A stretch of 44,368 bases of DNA from Pseudomonadota bacterium (GCA_027618305.1 JAQCFD010000002.1:1-44368), one strand, 5' to 3'. Counted from the stretch's first letter, positions 1-8,288 are shown. A program made the numbers and translations. Notes: generated by a model not told the origin, from the letters alone.

Positions 1-427
1 CCGTTGCCCCGTTGTGCAGCGGGTGGGCATTGACCGGGTCGTGATCGAGGATGGCGCGGTCGAGCACCATGGAGACGAGGCCGTCCGTGTCGTTCATTAC
101 CGCGAAGGGCGTGACGGAGCCGGGCGCGACCCCCAGCGACGACGCGAGCAAATCGGCGCTGCCGAAGCTCAGATTGCCGCTGGCGCCGAGTGTGTGACGC
201 AGGGCCTTGAGGTTGACCGTGGTGTCTTCCAGGACGGTGACCAGCCACTGGTTGCGCTTCTTGTCACGCAGAAACAGGTTCTTGATGTGGCCGCCCGGCA
301 GCGCGCCGCGCAGTTCGCGGGACTCCGCCACCGTATGCAGCGGAGGATGCCGGTGGATCTCAACCGCGATGCCCAGCGCGTCCAAACGGGCGAGCAGCGG
401 GGCTTCTATATCCTGTGAGATGGTCAT
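1..427 (-). CDS. YbaK/ProX-type aminoacyl-tRNA(Pro) editing (deacylase) domain protein; C-terminal end lies outside the window
   Basis: Absent from the ORF track because it runs off the left edge. Reverse complement from ATG at 427 reads without stops: MTISQDIEAPLLARLDALGIAVEIHRHPPLHTVAESRELRGALPGGHIKNLFLRDKKRNQWLVTVLEDTTVNLKALRHTLGASGNLSFGSADLL...GSVTPFAVMND...HPLHNGAT. The HIKNLFLRDKK and GSVTPF blocks are typical of the ProX/YbaK family. The + strand ORF 14..418 is its antisense shadow. Confidence 0.75.
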   Translation of the reverse strand, partial: MTISQDIEAPLLARLDALGIAVEIHRHPPLHTVAESRELRGALPGGHIKNLFLRDKKRNQWLVTVLEDTTVNLKALRHTLGASGNLSFGSADLLASSLGVAPGSVTPFAVMNDTDGLVSMVLDRAILDHDPVNAHPLHNGAT

Positions 428-549
428 AACCGGGGATATACCGGGTTTGCCGGCATGTGTGTAGTTGGGCGAAGTGACAGAATCGAACGATTCCCGTTGA
501 TCGGCACTTGAAATCAAGCGCCGGTTGCGGTTATGTCCGGCATCTCGAT

Positions 550-624
550 GCGGGAATAGCTCAGTGGTAGAGCATCACGTTGCCAACGTGAGGGTCGCGA
601 GTTCGAATCTCGTTTCCCGCTCCA
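550..624 (+). tRNA. tRNA-Gly (anticodon GCC), CCA encoded
   Basis: GCGGGAATAGCTCAGTGGTAGAGCATCACGTTGCCAACGTGAGGGTCGCGAGTTCGAATCTCGTTTCCCGCTCCA folds as a 75-nt cloverleaf. Acceptor GCGGGAA/TTCCCGC, anticodon stem TCACG/CGTGA with loop TTGCCAA (anticodon GCC), T-arm GCGAG-TTCGAAT-CTCGT. Near-identical in outline to enterobacterial tRNA-Gly(GCC). Confidence 0.95.
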
Positions 625-630
625 ATTTTC

Positions 631-663
631 AAAGGGCCTGTGCGGTCATCCGCCGGGCCCTTT
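631..663 (+). terminator. Hairpin directly after tRNA-Gly, likely intrinsic terminator
   Basis: AAAGGGCC (631-638) pairs with GGCCCTTT (656-663). Inner pairs are GCGG (642-645) / CCGC (650-653) around loop TCAT. Followed by GTCTTG. Confidence 0.5.
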
Positions 664-711
664 GTCTTGCCGCGAATGATGTCCCATCCGGTTTCAGGGA
701 GGTGAGTTCAT

Positions 712-1026
712 ATGTCCGACGATCATATCGACGACGCGCGGGTTGAGGCGGCATTCAAGTCCGTTACCGCCGCGCGGGCGAGCGCCTGGAGCATGTCGAT
801 CGACGAGGTCGCGGCACTGGCCGAGCGGGTGCGTATGGAGATCATGCTGGAGCGGGGGATGCGCAAGTCCCGCAAGCGCTGGTACCGCGCCTATGCGGAC
901 TTCCTCGACGATGTGGTCGAGGAACGCCTGGAGAAAGACGGACGCAGCGCGGATGCCTTCCATTCGGCCGTGGTGGACTACGTACGCGGCATGCTGAGCG
1001 ATTCGGAGAAATCCGACGACCAATAG
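712..1026 (+). CDS. Hypothetical small acidic protein (104 aa)
   Basis: ORF with a good SD (GGGAGG, 8 nt upstream of the ATG). GC-rich third positions. No recognisable family. Convergent with the HTTM gene (21-nt gap). Confidence 0.55.
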   Translation: MSDDHIDDARVEAAFKSVTAARASAWSMSIDEVAALAERVRMEIMLERGMRKSRKRWYRAYADFLDDVVEERLEKDGRSADAFHSAVVDYVRGMLSDSEKSDDQ

Positions 1027-1047
1027 TGGTGCCGCCCGGCGGGAGGT

Positions 1048-2859
1048 TCAGGTGAAACACTCATGGACCCAGACGCGGCGGATTTCGAACCGCCTGGGCT
1101 GGCCGGGAGGTCCCGTCCATTCGACGGGAAACAGAATCTCGAAATGTATGAGTTCCTGTCCGGCGGGGGCATCCTCGTTCCAGCGGCGGCACAGATAGCG
1201 TCCATAGTCGAGCGCGAAGTCGACCGCATCAGAATTGTAGCTTTGGTCCTCGATATTCGAGAGGTATTTGCGCCAGCGATAATTTTCGTAGGCATGGGAC
1301 ACGATGCGCGGCTTTACCAGCGACGGTGCGCCGACGGTCCCGTTGTAGGCATCGACCGGGGTGCCGTCGCGCAGGACGCCCGGCATCACGGGCCAGGGAC
1401 TGGTGATCTCCGGGTGGGGCGCGAACATGGTCCAGTTCTGATAGAGGTTCAGCGCCTGGCGCGTGGCGATGAAGGAATCGCCGTGACGCCATGACAGGGC
1501 CGGCAGGGTCGACAGATTCTGTACAAAGACGAAGCCCATGAAGGCGAGAGCGAGTGTCTGGCCGGCGAGGTTCGGTTTCACGCGCACGGGGCGGAACGGC
1601 AAGGCCCTGGCGGTCAGGCCACTCAGCCGGCCGCGGTTTCGCGCGACCAGGCCATAGAGCCGATCGCCGTGCCGCCGCATGGCGATGAGGCCGGCGAGCC
1701 AGAAGAAGATGGGCGATGCGGTCACCACCGCGTGCATCGCCGCCCAGCGCACATGATTGAGGCCATGCCCGTCGTGGACCACCCAGCTGTCATGTTCCTG
1801 CATGAGCGCGTGGATCTCCGGGCGCGTCTGGGCCGGCAGGATCGGGACATCGTTGAGAATCAGGAAGGACTTCAGGAGCCGGCAAATCTTGAAGCAGAAA
1901 TCGCAGTCGCGGTCATAGTAGATCACCATGCCGATGACCGACGGGCGGCGCAGGCGCGCGCCGAGCCAGTCCCAGACCCATCCCTGGGTGAAGGTCAGAT
2001 TCATGAGGATGCTGATGAAGGGAAACAGGCCGATCTGCAGAAACAGGAAGAAGCCGAAATGCATCGACATGAAGGCGAGCTGCAGCACCGCACGCAGCGG
2101 CCGGAGCAGGAGCGGCGAGAAGATCAGAATCGGGCCGATCAGCTCGAGCCCCCAGACATAGAATGTCAGCCCCTGCAGCAGCGTCTCGAATTGCCGGAAC
2201 CAAAGCGCCAGCGGTGTGACGAGATAATCGAGCTGGAGGGCAAAATAGACGGCGGTGCCGTCCGGCACCCAGCGGGCATCGGACTTCAGGAGCGCACTGA
2301 ACAGGTACATGGACATGCCCTGAATGAGGAGTGCGGCGCTGGCGATCGACACGAAATGGTTGGGGTGTGTGTCCGACGCATTGTCGAGGGCGGCGTCGAC
2401 GGAGTAGCGCGCGCCGATGGGCAGGAACATTGCCCAGAACAACAGCAGGACCAGCAGATTGTCTTCGCCTGACAGGATCATCGGGTTGCGCATCTGAAGC
2501 AAGACCAGCATCACCCAGCTCAGGACCGTCATGAGCCGTGTGCGGTAGCCGACCAGCAGCAGCAGGGCGAGCAGGCCGGCCAGCAAAAACAACAGGGCCT
2601 GGAACCAGGCGGCACCGTTCATAAGGTGGAGCGAGAACGACGCGGGATGCATGAAGCCGTCGATGACGGCGCGGGGCATGATGCCGAAATCTGTGTAGTG
2701 CGCCCGCAGATCGCGGGCCCGCAAGACAAGGTCGGCGAGGATCATCACCGCCAGCCCGATCCTGAGCAGGGCGAGTGTGCGCAGGTCGATCGCGAAAATT
2801 TCGCGGATGCCGGCCCATCGCCAAACGGAAGCAGAATTCTGATCGCTGGCTGACGTCAT
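1048..2859 (-). CDS. HTTM-domain (vitamin K-dependent gamma-carboxylase-like) polytopic membrane protein with an embedded DCC/DUF393-type thiol-disulfide oxidoreductase domain
   Basis: The N-terminus IREIFAIDLRTLALLRIGLAVMILADLVLRARDLRAHYTDFGIMPR, followed by many TM helices, is the classical HTTM start. The central YYDRDCDFCFKICRLL carries the D-x-x-C-x-x-C signature of the DCC family. The C-terminal part (NLYQNWTMFAPHP...) continues the HTTM-type extracytoplasmic region. Confidence 0.8.
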   Translation of the reverse strand: MTSASDQNSASVWRWAGIREIFAIDLRTLALLRIGLAVMILADLVLRARDLRAHYTDFGIMPRAVIDGFMHPASFSLHLMNGAAWFQALLFLLAGLLALLLLVGYRTRLMTVLSWVMLVLLQMRNPMILSGEDNLLVLLLFWAMFLPIGARYSVDAALDNASDTHPNHFVSIASAALLIQGMSMYLFSALLKSDARWVPDGTAVYFALQLDYLVTPLALWFRQFETLLQGLTFYVWGLELIGPILIFSPLLLRPLRAVLQLAFMSMHFGFFLFLQIGLFPFISILMNLTFTQGWVWDWLGARLRRPSVIGMVIYYDRDCDFCFKICRLLKSFLILNDVPILPAQTRPEIHALMQEHDSWVVHDGHGLNHVRWAAMHAVVTASPIFFWLAGLIAMRRHGDRLYGLVARNRGRLSGLTARALPFRPVRVKPNLAGQTLALAFMGFVFVQNLSTLPALSWRHGDSFIATRQALNLYQNWTMFAPHPEITSPWPVMPGVLRDGTPVDAYNGTVGAPSLVKPRIVSHAYENYRWRKYLSNIEDQSYNSDAVDFALDYGRYLCRRWNEDAPAGQELIHFEILFPVEWTGPPGQPRRFEIRRVWVHECFT

Positions 2860-2949
2860 GATCGCTCTCGTTGTCGGGGTTCGAGGTGAACCCGCAGCGG
2901 GGACATGACCTTAGCGCAAATTCGTTAACGGCAACCTGCCGCGCCTGCC

Positions 2950-5277
2950 TCAGGAGGCGAAGATCACGGCCGCGTTGTCGTCGTCCTCGGATTCCACCGG
3001 TGCGCAGACGCGGGATTTCGGGAAGGCGATCTGGACGCGGGTGCCGACGCCGACATTGCTGGTGATGGCCAACTCGCCCTCATGGGCCTCGACGAAGGTC
3101 TTGACCAGGGACAAGCCCAGGCCCGTGCCGTCATGAGAGCGGGCGAGGGTCCCGTCGACCTGATAGAAGGCCTCGGTCAGGCGCGGGATCGCGTCTTCGG
3201 GAATGCCGATGCCGTTGTCGGCGACCTCGACGACGAGCGCGCCGTCATCGCGCAGGAACCCGCGCAGCGTGACCATGCCGGTATGGTCTTCCGTGAACTT
3301 GAACGAATTCGACAGCAGGTTGAGGGCGACCTGGCGCACGAGACGCTGATCGCCAACGAGCCATGGCAGGTCTTGTGATATCTCTACCGAGAGGCGGCGT
3401 GGCTGTTTCTGCTGCCAGCCCTGGGCGATCCGAATGCAGGCACCCAGCGCATCGGCGAAATCGAAAGGCTCGTCGTTGAGCTCGAACGACCCGGTCTCGA
3501 TCCGGGAGATGTCCAGGATGTCGTTGATGACCGACAGCAAATGATTGCCGCTATCGTGGATCACCCCGCTATATTCGAGGTAGTCCTCATTCTCCATGGG
3601 GCCGAAGGCTTCGTCCTTCATGAGCTCGGAGAAGCCAATCACGGCATTGAGTGGGGTACGGAGTTCGTGGCTCATATTTGCCAGGAATTCTGTTTTGGCC
3701 CGGTTGGCCGATTCCGCACTCTCCTTGGCGGCGATCAGATCGGCCTCGGCACGCTTGCGATTGGTGATGTCGCGGATGGTGTAGGTGTAGATGGGGCGTT
3801 CGCGGGCGGCGCGACGCTGGCCGCTGACCGCCTCGGGGACGGACGACCGGCTGACACTGATTTCCACGGGCACGCGGGTGCGCGCGTCTCCCGCCTTTAT
3901 CAACTCGAGTTCCAGGGGCGCGATCAGGAGCGGTCCGGGTGACTCGTCACCGGCCTCGACCGATTCGCGGACCGGCTGGCTCGCGCCCGAGATGATCTCG
4001 TCAATATGATAAGTCTTTGCGTCCCGCCGTCGGACTCCGGAAATCATGGCCGCCGCCGTGTTGAAGACCTCGATCTGGCCCTCCTCGTCAGTGATCACGA
4101 TGCCGTCGAAGCTGTCCGAAATCACCCGGTCGAGCATCTTGCCGCGGCGGCCCATGACCAAACGCTGCTGGAAGATTGTGACCGCCTGGCGTTCGATATC
4201 CTTGAAGAGTTCGAAGGCGAAGCAGAAAAGGGCGACGCCGGAGGCCCCCGCGGACTCGAGCGCGATGGCACCCTCGTGCAGGGCGAGCAAGGCCGCGATC
4301 TGCCCGATGGTCAGGAAGACGACGACGGCGGCGGCACGGATGATCCAGTGCCGCCGGGTGATGAGCGACCAGATGGCTGCCAGCACGATGATGCCGAGCA
4401 TGGCCAGCACATTGCCGGCGGCAACGATGCCGCGATTCTGGGTGATGGTTTCAAAGGCGAGGGCCTGCAGCATCGGCCCGTCGATCACGCCATAGACCGG
4501 CGCGGCGAACTGATCGCCGAGTTCGAGCGCGGTGGCCCCGACCACGACATACTTTCCCTCGAACGTCCCCGGCGCAACGTTGCCGGCGAGCAAGTCCACG
4601 ACCGATATGCGCGGTATCGTGTCCGGGCGAATGCCATAATCGATGGTGATATCCGTCGGGCCGCCCCCGGTCAGGCCGGCGAGCGCGAAGGGCAGAGACG
4701 GTACGAAACGTTCGTCGATCTTCGTGCCGGCGCGATAGGTGCGGATGAACGTGTCGGTGCCGGGGAAGACGTTAACCAGCCCCAGGTCGACATGTTCCCG
4801 GAATATCTCGATGGGTGCATTGAAGGTCAGGGTCTCCGCGCCGTCCGGGTGTCGGATGACCTGCTGAAGGGCGGCGAGGACCACGTGCCCGCTTACTCGG
4901 TCCAGCGCCGCGGCAAAGGACCGATCTTCGACGTCTGTCGACCTTGAGCTGAAATCGATATCGAAGGCGATCCGTTCGGCGCCGTCGGCGACCAGCCGGT
5001 CCACCAATGCGCCATGGATCGAGCGCGGCCAGGGCCAGACATCGATCGCCCGGAGGCTGCGGGTGTCGATATCCACCAAGATGACCTCTCCCGTGGCCGG
5101 GCGGCCATCGACCTTGTTTCGCAGGTCCTGCAGCGCGTTGTCGATCGGGGTCAGCCAGCCGAACGCCTGCATGGCGCAGAAGGCGAGCCCGATCAACAAA
5201 TATGGCGCGTGTCGTTTCATCGATACCTTCGATTCTCCAAGCGCGTGTCCTTTCCTGGAAACGCGTGTCCGCCGCAC
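2950..5277 (-). CDS. CHASE2-domain sensor histidine kinase (CHASE2 - TM bundle - PAS - HisKA - HATPase_c), no receiver domain
   Basis: Periplasmic CHASE2-like N-terminal third after a signal-anchor (MKRHAPYLLIGLAFCAMQAF), then a hydrophobic block around aa 290-370 and a PAS-like region. H-box FLANMSHELRTPLNAVIGFSELM, N-box NLLSNSFKFT, G-boxes DNGIGI and GTGLGLS. The true start is probably the internal ATG at 5220 (GAAGG SD upstream) rather than 5277. Confidence 0.9.
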   Translation of the reverse strand: MRRTRVSRKGHALGESKVSMKRHAPYLLIGLAFCAMQAFGWLTPIDNALQDLRNKVDGRPATGEVILVDIDTRSLRAIDVWPWPRSIHGALVDRLVADGAERIAFDIDFSSRSTDVEDRSFAAALDRVSGHVVLAALQQVIRHPDGAETLTFNAPIEIFREHVDLGLVNVFPGTDTFIRTYRAGTKIDERFVPSLPFALAGLTGGGPTDITIDYGIRPDTIPRISVVDLLAGNVAPGTFEGKYVVVGATALELGDQFAAPVYGVIDGPMLQALAFETITQNRGIVAAGNVLAMLGIIVLAAIWSLITRRHWIIRAAAVVVFLTIGQIAALLALHEGAIALESAGASGVALFCFAFELFKDIERQAVTIFQQRLVMGRRGKMLDRVISDSFDGIVITDEEGQIEVFNTAAAMISGVRRRDAKTYHIDEIISGASQPVRESVEAGDESPGPLLIAPLELELIKAGDARTRVPVEISVSRSSVPEAVSGQRRAARERPIYTYTIRDITNRKRAEADLIAAKESAESANRAKTEFLANMSHELRTPLNAVIGFSELMKDEAFGPMENEDYLEYSGVIHDSGNHLLSVINDILDISRIETGSFELNDEPFDFADALGACIRIAQGWQQKQPRRLSVEISQDLPWLVGDQRLVRQVALNLLSNSFKFTEDHTGMVTLRGFLRDDGALVVEVADNGIGIPEDAIPRLTEAFYQVDGTLARSHDGTGLGLSLVKTFVEAHEGELAITSNVGVGTRVQIAFPKSRVCAPVESEDDDNAAVIFAS

Positions 5278-5316
5278 CCGGGGGCACGGCGGACATCGAG
5301 TTAAGCACCTATTTCT

Positions 5317-6303
5317 TTAGTTTCCGTTGCCATTCCCATTTCCGTTGCCATTCCCGTTACCGCCGCCGTTACCGCCGCCGTTACCGCCGCCGTTACCTGT
5401 GGCCTGGGCGACGAGCGTGCCGACGGGCACGTTGGTGACACCGGGCGCGGAGCCGTTGCCGCCAGAGTTGACCTTGGCACCAGCATTTCCGTTGCCGCGG
5501 CTATTTCCCTTGCCGGCGGACTTGCCGGGTGCGGTCGCCAGACCGTTGGTTGCGGATGCGACGTTCAGGTTGAGGTTACCCAGGGCCTTGCCGATCTTCG
5601 GCCCGCGCGCCGCAGCGGCGTTGCCGCGCGAACCCGGTGCTGCCTTGGTGTCGTCCGACTTGGCTGCCGGGCCCTCGACGTTTGCCTTGTCGGCCTTGCC
5701 GGACGGCGCGGCGCCGACACCGGTGACCTTAAGCGCGGCACCGGAATCTTTGCCGCGCGTCGCGGTCTGTCCCGGGCGGATCAGCTGGACCTGCTGGCCT
5801 GCCAGATCGGCGACCTGCACCGCACCCTCGACCACATGCACGGCCGCGCCCTGTTGGCCGACACTGACCGTAAAGGTCGTGCCTTTCACGACGGCGGCCA
5901 TATAAGGCGTCTGCACTTCAAAATGCTGGTTGGGCTGCTTGTCCACCTTCAGGAGAATGGTCCCGAGGTTCTGCAGGATGCGTGTGCTGTAGGGCCCGGT
6001 GTTTTCGGCCGGCAAACCCATCTCGCTCGACGGCGAAACGGTGATCCGCTCCGCCCCGCGCGCGATGACAACGCGGCCGTCGGTACCTGTCGTGATGCGG
6101 TCGCCCGCGTCAATCACGGTGCCCGCCGCCGCCGCCTGGGCGCCCTTCTCCTGATCCACGAAACGGGCGTCGCCCGTGACCTCCTGGATTTTCCATGGTG
6201 TATCCGCCGATGCGGCCATGGCCTGACCGCCGAATGCGGCGGTCATCATGACGGCCGCCGCCGCGCCGGAAAATACTTGTCTGATCGTCGTACTGTTAAA
6301 CAT
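5317..6303 (-). CDS. Secreted FecR-domain protein with a long Ala/Gly/Lys/Asn-rich tail ending in a (GNGG)3(GN)7 repeat
   Basis: Sec-type signal peptide (MFNSTTIRQVFSGAAAAVMMTAAFGGQAMAASA). FecR-fold blocks ITTGTDGRVVIARGAERITV and FEVQTPYMAAVVKGTTFTV. The last ~130 aa are low complexity. Sits 40-97 nt upstream of, and co-directional with, the CHASE2 kinase gene. Confidence 0.85.
   Translation of the reverse strand: MFNSTTIRQVFSGAAAAVMMTAAFGGQAMAASADTPWKIQEVTGDARFVDQEKGAQAAAAGTVIDAGDRITTGTDGRVVIARGAERITVSPSSEMGLPAENTGPYSTRILQNLGTILLKVDKQPNQHFEVQTPYMAAVVKGTTFTVSVGQQGAAVHVVEGAVQVADLAGQQVQLIRPGQTATRGKDSGAALKVTGVGAAPSGKADKANVEGPAAKSDDTKAAPGSRGNAAAARGPKIGKALGNLNLNVASATNGLATAPGKSAGKGNSRGNGNAGAKVNSGGNGSAPGVTNVPVGTLVAQATGNGGGNGGGNGGGNGNGNGNGNGNGN
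5320..5397 (-). repeat. In-frame tandem micro-repeats encoding the C-terminal Gly-Asn tail
   Basis: The + strand shows GTTACCGCCGCC three times (5356-5391) plus a partial fourth unit. These are preceded by alternating 6-nt units GTTGCC/ATTCCC/ATTTCC (5320-5355). Confidence 0.9.
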
Positions 6304-6545
6304 AGCTACCTGCCTTTCGGTCTCCCCGCTTTTGGACCGTCCTGATCCGCGATACGGGACGACTTGGTTGTTTGCGTTGTGATGAAAATAGTTCCGATAA
6401 AAAATGTTAGCAATTTCAATCGTTTACAAATTATTCGAAACTTTCCACGAATTTTAGAGATCGCGAAAAGTCATTGGTTGGTTAAGTACTTCCGGGGTAT
6501 CAAGGCACCGCAACCACTTGCCGGGCAATAATCGTTCGAAATTTC
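6304..6545. promoter_or_regulatory. AT-rich divergent control region between the FecR-domain gene and the ShlB-type gene
   Basis: A clearly AT-rich stretch (e.g. GATGAAAATAGTTCCGATAAAAAATGTTAGCAATTTCAATCGTTTACAAATTATTCGAAAC) in an otherwise GC-rich window. The palindromic hexamer TTCGAA occurs at 6434, 6535 and 6555. Confidence 0.4.
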
Positions 6546-8288
6546 ATGCGAGACTTCGAAGTTCATTTTTCTGCTTTTCGACGGATTACCAACGGATGGC
6601 GCAACCCCCGTGCGGTGCCCGCCGGGGCGCTGGCGCTTGCCTTGGCTTTCGTCGTCTGGGTGTCGCCGGTGGCTGCGCAGACGACGGGCGCGAGCACCGA
6701 CGCCGGCCAGATCGAGCGGCGCATCGACGATGCGGCCCCACCGCCCAGGCGCGAACCCGAGCGAGGCGCGGAACTACCGGATCTCCCGACCGAGGCGGGT
6801 GATGATGAAATAGAGTTCATCCTCGCCGCCGTTTCCCTGCTGGGCGTGGAGACCCTGAGCGCCGAAGCGCTCGCCTCGACCTATGAAGACCTCCTCGCCC
6901 GGACCGTGACCACGGCGGATGCGGCGGAGATCGCCAACCGGATCACCCGGATCTACCGCGACGCGGGCTATGCCCTGTCGCGTGCCTTCGTGCCGCCGCA
7001 GACCATCGATACCGGGGTCCTGACGGTCCAGGTCGCGGAAGGTTCGGTGATCGAGGTGGTGTTCGAGGGCCTCGAGGAGATGCCTCTCGATCTCGAACCC
7101 TATGCGCGTGCGATCCGGGACGAACGGCCGCTGACCCTCGACACGCTTGAGCGCAACATTCTGCTGATCGGCGATCTGCCGGGGATCGATGTTGCCCGGT
7201 CGAGCCTCGACGAGGCCGAGGAAGGGTCGGGCGCGTTCCGTCTGACCCTGGTCATCGAATATGACGCGGTCGACGGGACGGCCTATGTCGACAATCGGGG
7301 CACGCCGTCGGTGGGGCGGCTCCAGAGCTGGCTCAGCGGGGGCGCGAATTCATTGTTCGGGCAGGGCGAGCGTCTGCAGGCCGGGCTGTTTACGGTTCCC
7401 AACCAGCCCGAGGAGCTTCTTTACAAGGAGGTCAGCTATCTCCAGCCGCTCGGCAGCGCGGGCACCGAGGCGTTGTTGTCGGCCTCCCACAGCGTGATCG
7501 ATGCGGGCAGCAGTTCCGGAGAGCTCAACACCGAGAGCGAATCCTACCGGTTTTCGCTGCGGCTCAGCCATCCGATCATCCGCAGCCGCACCGAGAATCT
7601 CTGGATCAATGGATTCGCGGAATACCGCAATGCGGAGGAGTCCCAGTCGGGGGCGGAAAATTTTGACGACCGGCTGCGCGTGGTTCGCGCCCGCCTGAAT
7701 TACAACCGATCCGGCGAAACATTCTTTTCGTCGGCGGTATTGCGGGTGAGTCAGGGGCTCGACGTGTTGGGCGCGTCGGAGGAGCGGTCCGGCCCGCTGT
7801 CGCGGTTCGACGGCGCGCCGAAATTCACCAAAGTCAGTGCCGATTTATCCCACGCCCAGTCGATTTATGGGGGCCTCTCGGTACAGGTCTCGGCCATCGG
7901 CCAGAAATCGGCCAACTCGCTCCTGGCCTCCGAAGAGTTTGCGATCGGCGGCAGCCGCTTCGGCAGGGCATATGATTTTGCCGAGCTGACCGGCGAGGAT
8001 GGGGTGGCCGGCTCGCTGGAGCTTCGCTACAGCTTCGAGGATACGGGCGATCTGCTGGAGTCCCTGCAGGTTTTCGGATTCTATGACAACGGCGCCGTAT
8101 GGAACCGAAACGCGACCGACACGTTCCGGCGACATTCTCTTTCGTCGGCCGGGATCGGTGTGCGTGTGAATCTTCCGCGGTCGATTTTCATCGGCCTCGA
8201 GGCCGCGAAGCCCCTCACGCGCCAGGTGGCCACCTCGGGCGGCAACACGGACCCGCGCTACTTCTTCTCCCTGTCCGTCGGTTTCTGA
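6546..8288 (+). CDS. ShlB/FhaC/HecB-family (TpsB-type) outer-membrane transporter with POTRA domains
   Basis: Signal peptide (ALALALAFVVWVSPVAAQT). ShlB-type POTRA block (IANRITRIYRDAGYALSRAFVPPQTIDTGVLTVQVAEGSVIEVVFEG). Beta-barrel-like C-terminal half ending in the OMP-typical terminal Phe (SLSVGF). Confidence 0.85.
   Translation: MRDFEVHFSAFRRITNGWRNPRAVPAGALALALAFVVWVSPVAAQTTGASTDAGQIERRIDDAAPPPRREPERGAELPDLPTEAGDDEIEFILAAVSLLGVETLSAEALASTYEDLLARTVTTADAAEIANRITRIYRDAGYALSRAFVPPQTIDTGVLTVQVAEGSVIEVVFEGLEEMPLDLEPYARAIRDERPLTLDTLERNILLIGDLPGIDVARSSLDEAEEGSGAFRLTLVIEYDAVDGTAYVDNRGTPSVGRLQSWLSGGANSLFGQGERLQAGLFTVPNQPEELLYKEVSYLQPLGSAGTEALLSASHSVIDAGSSSGELNTESESYRFSLRLSHPIIRSRTENLWINGFAEYRNAEESQSGAENFDDRLRVVRARLNYNRSGETFFSSAVLRVSQGLDVLGASEERSGPLSRFDGAPKFTKVSADLSHAQSIYGGLSVQVSAIGQKSANSLLASEEFAIGGSRFGRAYDFAELTGEDGVAGSLELRYSFEDTGDLLESLQVFGFYDNGAVWNRNATDTFRRHSLSSAGIGVRVNLPRSIFIGLEAAKPLTRQVATSGGNTDPRYFFSLSVGF

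Noticed and set aside
14-418. 134-aa + strand ORF at the left edge
   Set aside because: It is the antisense shadow of the edge-truncated ProX/YbaK-type gene, whose minus-strand translation carries clear family motifs.
5317-6303. FecR-domain protein as a classical iron-starvation anti-sigma factor
   Set aside because: There is no adjacent ECF sigma or TonB-dependent receptor. The N-terminus is a signal peptide rather than a cytoplasmic anti-sigma domain followed by a TM helix.
6546-8288. Classical two-partner secretion (hemolysin/adhesin) locus
   Set aside because: No large TpsA-type exoprotein gene with a TPS domain is present on either side of the transporter gene.
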